A stretch of 57,866 nucleotides of DNA, filler included, from Sphacelaria rigidula (taxonomy: Eukaryota), in assembly GCA_964200075.2 (NCBI GenBank). It is 8 parts of 8 records of this genome, joined end to end, with 100 filler letters (N's around TTAATTAATTAA, not from the genome) between each part and the next. Parts side by side here need not be neighbours in the genome. Positions count along the whole stretch, not along the records: positions 43,477 to 50,621 come from CAXNAA020016269.1; positions 50,722 to 57,866 come from CAXNAA020016270.1; 6 more parts are not named here. The stretch is one strand, 5' to 3'. Shown in pieces: positions 47,301 through 57,866 of this stretch; within the stretch, counting starts at the first letter, position 1; the number at the start of each line of letters is the position of its first letter. The notes under the pieces were generated by a model. The model had not been told where the DNA came from. It did no database searches and saw nothing but the letters and a program-made list of their open reading frames with translations. Position numbers and translations under genes: made by a program.

Positions 47301-50188
47301 AGCCGGTGGAGCGGAACGGCTCTATCCAGACCTCGCCGGATTCCTCGTCTGCATCCAGCTGAGTTCCATCAGTCTGCAGAGTGAACCGTAGCGACACCAC
47401 ACGTGAAGGTCGGGAGGCGTTTGTTTTACTTCACGTCGTTCAGTGCTTTTGTGGGTACATAGTGTTCACTTAGATACTTCAGTCGTCCGAAGGATGATCG
47501 AGACAGTTTGCAATCCGTACACGTGTGGGTGTAGCAAGTGGACTCAGAATTTACACGTCGAAGGGATAGGTGGCTCAAACCCAACACGATCAGTAACATT
47601 TCTTTTTGCATGTGGAAGATAGGTGTGAGAAAATACGTAGCAGAACATTGCGGTCGTTGCTCGCGGAAACACACATTTTTTGGCGCGGGGGGGAGAGGAC
47701 AGCATGCCGAGAGTCGACTCCAACCAATGCTGACAGGCGTGTGGAGATGCTGCATTCATCGCGCGACACTTACAGGTACAAAGCAAACGTCAGTACTCGT
47801 GTGTTATTCGCCAGCGTTTATTTGTGTCTTGCCAACATCTTGTGTGTTTCATTCATTTTTCGTACAAGTTCTAGTTCTTTGGTGACTCGTTCACGCCTTT
47901 GCGGGTGTGAACGGGACAGCCCATCGTGGTCATGTAGGTATTGAAAAAATATATGTACAAGTGCGATTGAACAGGGACAGTTTTTTTTTTCTAATACGGA
48001 CAATAATTGAAAAATACGGACAATTATTGAAAATAAATATGAAAATAGAACCTGAAATAATTCGGAAAAAAATCTCGAACTACGGTCTACCTTGTCCCGA
48101 AACTTCTCAATAAATGTAGCTCCTTCTTTTTCTCGGAGCATCTGTGGAACTTCATTTTTTCAATGACCCAAGTGTAGTATCGTAGAGAGATGTGATCTGC
48201 ACCCCATGGCTGACTTCATTTCGCCGGTTATCGGGGGTCTCAGAAGGGCACGTGAAGGGGATGTGAATCCCCAGAACCCTGGGACCCCCAATAACTGGAA
48301 AAACGGGGGAGACAAATGAGCAAACCATTCTCCGATAGTTTGGTAATTTCCCATGTTGTATACGAGTAAATGTTTAGAGTCCAACTCCAACTCGGGGTGA
48401 GCACTTGCGGATAAATGGACTAGGACACATATAGGCGTGAACCGGCTTGTATTTACTTGCATTTCCCCCTGTTTCGTTTGCATTTCATTTTTTCTCGATT
48501 TACTCCCTTCTCGAGTTTCTTCGTGCAGCGAGTGATTCCGTTGCTTTGTTCACCTCGGGCACCGGTCCCCTCTACCTTGTGGATAATGACCAGAACTGGA
48601 TCCCTCGGGGATTAGTTGAAGTAATGCTGTGCGACAATTGATCGACTGATCAATCGAGTACCTCGGGAATCGGTTGAGATGCGACGACTAGTTCATGAAT
48701 GCATCAGTCATGAATCGATGTATCAACCAACGAGCGATGCTACGGCATGGGTGCACTTTTTTCGCGAAATTACGTCGAGTTCAGGAGCTCCTAACGACTC
48801 TAGATGCACAAACATATGGGTCACTGGATCCCCGTTTCCAAATCCATTCGGGATATCCCCAACACATCGGAGTAGTAATCCTGGCGTACTTTCACATATT
48901 TTCATAAGACGTGTTTTGCAGTAGATACAGGGCTCCAGACAATTTTAACCTCAAGAAAATATTTGTGCACCCCTACCGTAGCATCACTTCATCCAACTAA
49001 CCATTCGAGCAATCACGCAATCACCTGCTCCAGCACGATCGACCCCATGGCGTCCTGGCGTAGCTGAACACCTCCGCCCTTGGGCGTCAACACTTCTCCC
49101 AGCCTCAGAGTTTCGCCTACCCTCATGGAAGGACCGCCGTCGATCACCTTAGCTTGTTTCGGCGTTGTCTTTTTGACGTTTGCATCCAAAGGCTCGAGGA
49201 TGGAAACTTGTGGCCTGTAGTAAGGGATGCGTACACCACGGACCGTACTCTTCAGGACGTACTTGTCTTCATGCGAACACGTGAGTGCATCGTACACAAC
49301 TCGAACCGCTGAGACTTGTGGCAGAATATACCAAAGTGAAGAAACGAGAACGATTCAGCGAGAAAATCTCCCTGCGCCAAGCGATACATGGATCGGGAGG
49401 TGCAGTTGATGTTTCCAGCAGTGTTTGTTGTGTCTTGGTGACACTTCGCTTGAAAACATACGGCGAAGCGCTCACGCCCAAGTCGTGAAAATATACACGC
49501 TCTACAGTTTAGCTAATGAAGACAATTGCTAAACATCATGAGCCTACCTATCATCGATGCTGTGTGCAGTATCAGCGTTCACCGTCTCCACTGTTGTCTC
49601 AGTGCTTTCAGCTGTCCCTCCGACACTGCAATCAGTCATGCCAGTAAACACGCATGATCCGCCTCCTGTGGTGACAAGTAGCACGGGACTGCTGCTGCTT
49701 TCGTCGTCGGGGTCCTCGCGACGGCCTTCAGCCCGCGATAGTGAGAGGGTGTGAGGAACGTCATCGTTGTTGATGCTGCTGCCGCTGGGGATCGCCCTCT
49801 TCTTCCAGTCCGAACGTGGGTGACCGAAGCGCAGTGCATCGTTGTCAGTGCCGAACAGGTGGCTCCTTGCTCCTACCGGCTTTCTCCACCCCGGAAACGG
49901 TGCAGTCGGGCGCGGCTTCATGCTTTGGTCGATCCTCGACGTGCTTGCGGGCTTCTCCGGCGCTCCTTCTTGCCAATCAGTGCCGCTGCCGTCGCCTGGA
50001 GTAGTATTGATGTTGTTATCTTCGCTGTGCTCATGGTTGCTGTCGCCGCCGTCGCCGTTAGTGTTGTTGTTGTTGCTGCTGCTGCTACCGCTGGGGGACA
50101 CCACCACGGGATCGGCTGTAGTGTAGCGCGGCGAATCCGTGATTTGCACCGGGCGTTCCTCAATGGTCCGGAAGTCGTCGTCCTCACG
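44359..50188 (-). CDS. 3' part of a multi-exon hypothetical protein gene
   Basis: Candidate exons 50188-49548, ~49260-49025, 47373-47272, 46040-45846 and 44574-44359 (stop). The last three junctions are GT/AG and phase 0; the first junction is unresolved. No recognisable domain. Confidence 0.45.
45110..45266 (+). repeat. Short interspersed repeat with an A-rich tail (second copy)
   Basis: Matches the reverse complement of 19516-19647. Confidence 0.55.
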
Positions 50189-50621
50189 CTGCCCCAGGGA
50201 CGAGAAGAGTTACACGCAGGAATGGGGATCGGGTATCGGTAAGCCTCCCGTTCAGCACAGGGGTATCGCACTCTTATACCACGTTCTTCTCTCTGCCTGT
50301 TCTCTCGTCTTTCATGTGATCTCTTCCGTTGTGTTGTGTTCGTACGTATGGTGTCTTTTGCCTGAAGCAGTATGGCAACGGTCTGTTGGGGACCTTGTAT
50401 TGGAACCGATACTGGATGCTAGTCGAGCGTTTCCCTTATTCCCCCTCTCCCCTCCCCTTTCGGACCCCGATGGGGTTGGCGTCGCTTAGCGATGACGCTA
50501 TAAAACACGTCACTCACTACGGAAGCTAGGCAACCAGGTTACCGCTTTTTTTTGGCGCGCTCGCGTTTTTTTGGCGGTAACCATGATGGTTGTCGAGCTA
50601 GATCATGTTGTGCGGCGTGGG

Positions 50622-50721
50622 NNNNNNNNNNNNNNNNNNNNNNNNNNNNNNNNNNNNNNNNNNNNTTAATTAATTAANNNNNNNNNNNNNNNNNNNNNNN
50701 NNNNNNNNNNNNNNNNNNNNN
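50622..50721. other. Artificial 100-bp contig spacer
   Basis: N-run, TTAATTAATTAA, N-run. Confidence 0.97.
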
Positions 50722-52190
50722 GTGGAAGGATGTCTGACACACTTATGAGTCTCTTTTTTCGTGCAACCAAATACCCCCCCTATCGTAGGATGACTCATCA
50801 CGCACGAGACCCGTCACAGCACACATCGCAAGTGATTGCTACTGAAATAAGGTTGCGTCCCGGTAGTACACGGCGAACTTGTACAGGGTTCTCGAAATGC
50901 CGGCCCGAACCGGCGCGCACAGATTTCGAACCACACTTGCATACAGTATATATGTATGATACTGCTTGCTGTCTGTGTGTACGTGTGTACTACCCCTCGC
51001 TCTGCCACATCTAGTACAGCGGTCGGTGTTGCAGCTAAGTGTAAATTTGTCCTAGGTGGCGCACGCAAGAGTAATAGACCGCCTCTGCCGCTAGAATTCC
51101 TGCCTGTATCTTTAGCGGATGGTAACACAGCTGCCATGGCGTGCAAGCCGGCTGTGACAATTCATACCGCGTGTAGATGTCTACTCTGTCTTGAAGTGAT
51201 ACTGCGAGCAGCCCCACTTTTGCACGAGTATTTTGCACGTCGCAGAAGGCAAAGGCTTCTATACTGTGCACAGTACATGCTTTTACATGGTATACTGACT
51301 GTAGAAAGCTCTTGTCTAGGGTGTAATACATTTTCATATATATCAGGCGGTGAGATCGTGAAATAATCCACAGCACATGGCCGAAGTGGAAGTCAGGCAA
51401 TCACCGAAACAGTTGCGTGCAAATCCTGCGCGGCCGTACTCTAAGTTGGCAACGCTAGAAAAACACCAGTACAACGGCCATTCCGGCTGCCGGCCTGTTT
51501 GCACGGCCGTCCCGATAGTGATGGGATTGTCTGTACCAGGATGTCGCCCCCAGTGTCAGGTACGCCGGCAGGGGTCCGTGCCACTACCCACTGGTCGCGC
51601 GACAGGAGCTTAATCTTCGACTGTCGAGATTCTTGAAGCGGAAATGTTCAGCTCCCAACCCTCACATATACAGCGGACCATAAACGATGCTTGTTTGCTG
51701 GGTTTCTTCAAGCTTTCGTCCATAACTGGGCGAAGATTGATGATGAGGCCGGCAGGATCCGTCGCGGCCTGCGTGCTCAACTATCACTGTACCCACTCTA
51801 TCCAGCCGTCATCAGACAGCAGGGTGTTGAAAAAACAAAATGCCACGCACCGTGAATATCCACCGCATCAATGCACACCGAGCCATCAGCGACTTCCCTT
51901 GCTGCAGCTGTGACTGTGACCCATTCCTCTCATACCAATGTTCTTCATCATGCTTTTGTGGGTTGTTATATTCGCATAGTTGGGGTACACATTACGCAGA
52001 TATGACCGTGTGAGAAGCTTCACGTCAAAACAAAATGATAAGTGATTTCAGATCATTTGACTTCTGTTTGCTGCTGACTAAGTCAAGGCAATGTCCAGCT
52101 GTTTTCAATGCTTTGCTCTCATGTTCTTGTGGTATCCGCTGCATAACCGCTGCCTTTGTGTTCCCAAATCATCGAGAACGCAAAGAAAAT

Positions 52191-52948
52191 CACGGTGAAA
52201 AAATACCCCGCCATGAGCGGGCTTTTGTGGTCCTTATTTGAAGTTTTCCACGATCTTGGTAAGGCTTTTGTGGTTCAAGATCGACACCCCGCGAAAAAGA
52301 GCCGGTGTGGGCGACTTTCGATGGCCAGAACACACGCCACAGGTATCAGATGACACCCAAACCAAAACGGCAATGTACCGCTGCGCCTTCTTCGTGCACT
52401 GCAAAAGAAAGCGCGGGATAAAATGCCTTGCCGCCAGAGAAAACTCGGCAAAAGTGGTGAAAATTGTGAAATTTTACGTGTACATATACCATGTTCTATA
52501 TTTCATACATTACATATCATATAGTATATTTCATATACTATATTTCATATGTTATGTACCATGCAATATAGGTCAATATTCATAGGTCTATTTTACATAT
52601 ATGCTTCTTCTCCATAATATATACTATATTGTATGTATTGTATACAATATATGTACATGTATCATTTTGCATTTTTCACCACTTTTACCGAGCTTTCTCT
52701 GACTGCAAGGCATCTTAGCCCGCGCTTTCTTTTGCAGTGCACGAAGAGGCGTCAGCGGTACATTACAGTTCAGGTTTGAGTGTCATCTGGTACCTGTGGC
52801 GCGTGTTCTGGCCAAGGAAAGTCGCCCACGCTGGCTCTTTTTCGCGGGGTGTTGATCCCGAACCACAAAAGCCTCTTCACGACCGTGTAAACTCTGAACA
52901 AGAACCCGAACCAAAGCAGCTATTCATGGCGAGGCATTTCTTCACCAC
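52191..52948. mobile_element. ~750-bp foldback element with ~280-bp arms and an AT-rich centre
   Basis: Left arm (CACGGTGAAAAAATACCCCGCC...GCAAAAGTGGTGAAAAT) is inverted at ~52670-52946. A lone right arm lies at 56885-57159. Confidence 0.8.
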
Positions 52949-54474
52949 AAACACAGGTCGGAACATCTGAGATCCCTCACTCCTTCTGTTTGACATGAAG
53001 TGTCTAATAGCGTCATATCTAGGTCATGTGGGTCCCCGTTGTGCGAACTCAACAGTCCACAAAAGCATGTTCAAGAACATTAATGATAATAAGTCGAAAG
53101 AGGATATCGGTGTTGATACTTCGACCGCAAGGGCAGGTCACCTGTTGAATCGGCATCAATTTTCATTTGAAAATAGTATGCGTGATTGAGATGGAATACC
53201 GGCAACGCGGTCTAAGGGTTTGACGCAGACGGCGACCCCCCCGCTCGTAGACTGAGATAGACACTCCACTCTGGGTTCAGAATCATTTCTTTTTAACAAC
53301 TCAAAACGCCTACAGTACTCTACGGCGGAAGAGACCGGGAGTGCATGAAGGTCACATAGTTGTGAGGGTCAGAACACAGACGGTGGTATGGCTGTCGACC
53401 AGGTGATTATTACGCGTCATATTTTTGCTGTGCAGTCTGTAGTGTACCGTGCCGCGGCTGCACGTGCGGTCTGCAGCGTACTGGATCTTACAGTGTAGAA
53501 CGTACCGAGTGTACGCAGCGTGAGTTTGGATATCGCACAATGACTACCTCCACAAACGCTCCTGACTACCGTAGAGCAATTGCTCGGCGATGGCGGTCGC
53601 TTCACCGTCGAAGTACTTGTCTACATCTACGTGCGTAGGATACTCGTGGCCGCCGGTCGTGTGTTGCGCCATGACGATTTATACCAGATGGAGGTGTGGA
53701 GCAAGTAGGACGCTCAGGCAGTACTGAACAGACAGACACAGTTATACCGAAGATGCTCAAACACCTGCTTTTTGGTTATATAATCTATGGTTGATTTGGT
53801 ATGATCAAAATGAGATTTGAGGGTAGACGGCGAGCATGTCTACATTAGACATAGCCCTGTATACAGGGCTGCGCCTACCGTGCAATGATATATAGCATAA
53901 AAACTTGAATCCAGTGAAACAAATATCACTGTAAGCAGGTGAACTACAATGTCCTCGATGCCGAGCTGTACCTTTATAATGTGGTGGTTGCTTTTTGAGT
54001 TTTATCGTGACAGGGGATCAGCACTGCCTTCCCCTCGTCGACCACGTGCGGGATATATAGCTGGGTAGGTAGTTAGCTAACTAGGCGACATCATCTGGCA
54101 ACACCACAGACTGTACTATTTGTTTTCGAAACAAGACTGCACAGTTCATTAAGTTCGCAACCATGGGGTTGGACGGCTCGGGAGTTTCTACAATATTCAT
54201 TTTTGAAACAAGATCGTGCAGTACAATAAATCCGCAACTATGGGTTCGGAGGGCTAAGGTGTTTCTCCCCGAGCACAAGTATAATTTCATGCACGTGCAC
54301 TAATGACTAACGCACCCGAGCGGAATTTACGGCTAGGTAGCTGAGAATGAGTTGGATGGAGTTTGCATGGTCTTGGGAACAGGTGTTATCTGGCGGGGTG
54401 ATCTGTAAGGTAGGAGTGAAGCGCCGCTTCGTGCCTTTCGACCGCATGTTTTCGATCGAAAACGATTGTTTTAC

Positions 54475-54735
54475 ACACTTTGCATCACCCCACAGAGAGA
54501 AGCCTAGGCCACTATTCAGGTTTGCTTGGCTCCAAGGTTTCGAGAGTGGCCGCTGAAGAATAATCCGTGTGCAATAAAATCTATGGCGATCTCCACAGAT
54601 TATTGGGCAGAGTGATGTTGGCAAGCACAGATTATTGCACACGACTTCTTGTTCAGCGGCCAATCTCGAAACCTCGAAGCCAAGCGAATCTGAAAAGTAG
54701 GCTAAGCTCCTCTCTGTGGGGTGATGCAAAGTGCA
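54475..54735. repeat. Inverted repeat with ~85-100-bp arms (probable MITE)
   Basis: CACTTTGCATCACCCCACAGAGAG...GGCCGCTGAA versus TTCAGCGGCC...CTCTCTGTGGGGTGATGCAAAGTG. Confidence 0.7.
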
Positions 54736-55232
54736 CGAGACGTGTGTAGGCGATTTTCCCTGTGTGGGGGTCAAAACGTGGGTCCAAGGTCCCAAAAGTG
54801 AACAATCCGTGGGCCAAAAATCTGTTTGCCATGAACATCCGGTCTTCATACCGTAGGGCCATTTTTCATTTAAAAGGGTGAAAGATCGGAGCGTAGCGGG
54901 ATCTGAGGTTTGTGGAACGGGTAGGAAAGTAAACAATCCAAGCTAATGTGAGGGCAATCAATTGTGGAACGATCGATGCAAACAAATAGGTCAGTCACGG
55001 AGATAGATTGTTTGGATCACATCGTGTATTCACCATCGGGTATAATATTACATTAATACCGTAGTCGGATCGGCAGGGACAGGCTCCGGGCATTGCGTAT
55101 GGCACGATTTCAGAGGAAATCCGAAGAGGCGTGTAATGAGGAATGCAATAGCAGAGATGAACAAATGCACAAATTTGTATGTTACGGTCTGGCTTGGATT
55201 TGCGTTGCGTCACATTTGGTATTCACATATCT

Positions 55233-55424
55233 CAAACTCGGCTCCCGGTATCCTGGTTTATTCGCTGGCTCTGCGTGGTGTCCTATTTTTTCAAGTGAAA
55301 GTGATCGCGATTCATGGGAGGACCTGACCTGGCGGTCAAACGGTTTCATTATCTGATGAATCGGCATCACTTTCACTTGAAAAAATAGGACAAGACAAAC
55401 CAGGATGCCGGGAGCCGAGTTTGG
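55233..55424. mobile_element. Small TIR element enclosing fragments of the piggyBac-type MITE
   Basis: CAAACTCGGCTCCCGGTATCCTGGTTT / AAACCAGGATGCCGGGAGCCGAGTTTG; the interior has TTCAAGTGAAA and GAATCGGCATC motifs. Confidence 0.6.
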
Positions 55425-56678
55425 GACACCTCTGATAACAAATATTCCACATCCATTAGAGGAGCGAATCTCTGGAAAATGATAAATTCTCAGACGACGG
55501 GATTTTTCCAAATCTCTCTGGCAAAAGCCCTCGATTCCCAGAGACGTTTCTCTGTCTGGGTATTGACGTTCCATCACACACTCCTCGCACATCGCACCCG
55601 CAATGGTACAGTCAGTGCTCCATCACACACTCATCGCCTATAAGTGTAGTTCAGTCAGTCCAAAAGTAGTCGTGCATGTCGTATGTACAGTATCGTGGCA
55701 ACAGCATAGCTGCTGCAGCACTTCGTGTATCCTCTTCATGACTGTAGGACCAGGGACAGACATTACAGTACAGTGCATTTTTCGTCGATAGCTTTACCAC
55801 TCTAAAATGGCACGATGGCGCTCATGCTGGCTGTGTTGACTGCTCGTATCGTGTCATCCTCGTCGTGCCTGCCACCGATTTCGAACCCTGTAGTATTCTG
55901 TGTACTGAGACGGTTGCTACAGCACTACTGACTGTCACGTGCGTTTGTTGTGTGCGGTATGGCACAAACCGTATGCTGCACACACTGCACCGCTTGCGAC
56001 ACTACGCCTGTCATTTCGATCCTTTTAGTACCTTTAGCTACTGTGCGTGTCCGTGCGTGCGTGTGTGTGTGTATGCGCGTGTGTGTGTTATCATCCCATC
56101 TATCCTGTACCTCGACGGGATTATTTGCGTACTAGTTCGCCGCAGTTGGGACGAGCACAAAATGCAAATGATGACCACGATGATATACCACCGTCTTCAC
56201 GCGGGCTTGATGATGGCCTCGGGTGTACAAATCCCCACTTTTTCTACAAACTAGAAGGTGGCGTTTTGAAAACTGATTTCACTGAAATGTCTCTGAGAAA
56301 AGTAGTCCGGAATGACTTCTCTCAGAGGCTTTTGACAGTCTATGAGAAGCGGCCTCACAAAACTCATCATTTCTCAATAGGCTCTGAACAGATTTGGCAA
56401 GGTCACGCACAACGTGCACAGCTGATGAGCAGCTACGCATATGCCACACATGTCAAACTTATTGCCACCCAACAGTTGTACGAGTTTCCATTCGTGTTAC
56501 TCAAGTTGGTCAACCGTATCCGGAGCCACCATCCGGTGTTTTGTACAGCCACGATCACTACTATACATGGAGATACAAGAGCCTATCTTGACCATATAAT
56601 TTCGACTTGCGTCACCCCCGGGAGGCCCGTACCAACCTCCCGAAGGGGAACCTTGTATTTATATATTATATAACTATA

Positions 56679-56792
56679 CACGGGTGGCCACTGGGGTACC
56701 TGTAACCTCAAATTTATTTACACGTCACAGACGTTGCACAAGGTCTTTCACGTTCAAATTTGAGGTTACAGGCATCCGAGTGGCCATCCGTG
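56679..56792. mobile_element. Second copy of the 105-bp CACGGGTGG MITE
   Basis: Same TIR as 9652-9756, flanked by TA on both sides. Confidence 0.8.
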
Positions 56793-56884
56793 TAGACATA
56801 TATGAATATTCATTAAGGGGCAGCATATACTATATGATATAATTATATATCAATATGTATATATATGCTATATATGTACATGTA

Positions 56885-57159
56885 TAATTTCACAATTTTC
56901 ACCACTTTTGCCGAGCTTTCTCTGGCGGCAAGGCATCTCATCACGCGCTTTCTTTTGCAGTGCACGAAGAAGGCGCAGCGGTACATTACCGTTCAGGCTT
57001 GGGTGTCATTTGATACCTGTGGCGCGTGTTCTGGCCATCGACAGTCGCCCGCACTGGCTTTTTTTGCGGGGTGTCGATCCCGAACTACAGAAGCCTTCCC
57101 AAGTTCATGAAGAACTTCAAGTAGCAGGATAATTGTTGGCGGGGTATTTTCCCCCCGTG
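56885..57159. mobile_element. Right arm of the 750-bp foldback family
   Basis: Similar to 52670-52946; ends in CCGTG. Confidence 0.75.
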
Positions 57160-57866
57160 TTTCTCTTCGTCGGGTTCTCGTTCATTTGGAGTGACGAGTA
57201 CACCGCTAATGCAGCCAATGTCACGAGAACATGAGAGCGATGCAGTTGAAAAACATTTAATGTGGGTCGACCGTGTTGAACCCACAAAGGGGGGTGCCGA
57301 AATCCCTGTGATAATGCAACCCGTAGGATGCTCCTGTGAAATACAGGCGCAGGGATATTCTTGTGGCAGGGTTGACGGGTGTGTCCTTGTGACAGGGATG
57401 ACAGGGAGAATCATACGAGGACGCACCGCATGTATCTTGCGACGGCTTAGTACTTTATTTTCAGTACAAGTCAAGCGTTACTTTGCTTATGGATTTCGTC
57501 GCCGTGTCAGAACGAAACAGCCTGAAAATTGGCACAGAGGTAGGCCACGACACAGACAGCATATTCCCGGATCAGCGGCACATTTCACGTGGTGCGCCAG
57601 ACGCACGAAGTGAAGACGGATTCTGGGCAATGCCAACGATACGCCCTCAAAACGGAGTCCCTTCGGACCAGACGGTGAGAGACGTCAGTGAATGCATATA
57701 TGGACACGCAGAGGCGCTCACTTCCACATCATGACCTTCTGGGTGGCTCCTGCCCCGGCAAACGAGATTCGGCCCGTATTGAATACACTCTGCAGTCATC
57801 CACGCCACGCGCCCACTCGTGACGCGTCGTTTGGTACGATCTGCGTTCGAATCGGCCCAGTGGTTG

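Noticed and set aside
50722-57866. Short ORFs in the last contig
   Set aside because: No domain signatures; the contig appears to be intronic or intergenic sequence with MITEs.

Overview
Repeat-rich eukaryotic DNA. A brown alga (Phaeophyceae, Ectocarpus-like) is inferred from the intron-rich genes, the Cys-rich extracellular modules and the TTAGGG-like repeats. The window is not one locus. It is eight short contigs (7147, 7147, 7146, 7146, 7145, 7145, 7145, 7145 bp, sorted by length) joined by 100-bp N/TTAATTAATTAA/N spacers, so adjacency across gaps has no biological meaning. Gene content: seven phase-consistent exons of a CFAP47-like flagellar gene, the end of a Cys-rich repeat protein gene, the first exon of a secreted beta-helix protein, a Cys-rich module exon with an in-frame TGA, and a hypothetical minus-strand gene. 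Mobile content: a degenerate Ty1/copia and a degenerate Ty3/gypsy element (each with one LTR), a LINE remnant and many MITE families. The most unusual structure is a ~940-bp TIR-bounded array at 29263-30203. It has about 18 units with a 42-43-bp period, in which a conserved TATTG-N6-CAATATATATTG motif alternates with unique GC-richer spacers. It abuts the RNase H end of the gypsy element, where the integrase would normally lie.
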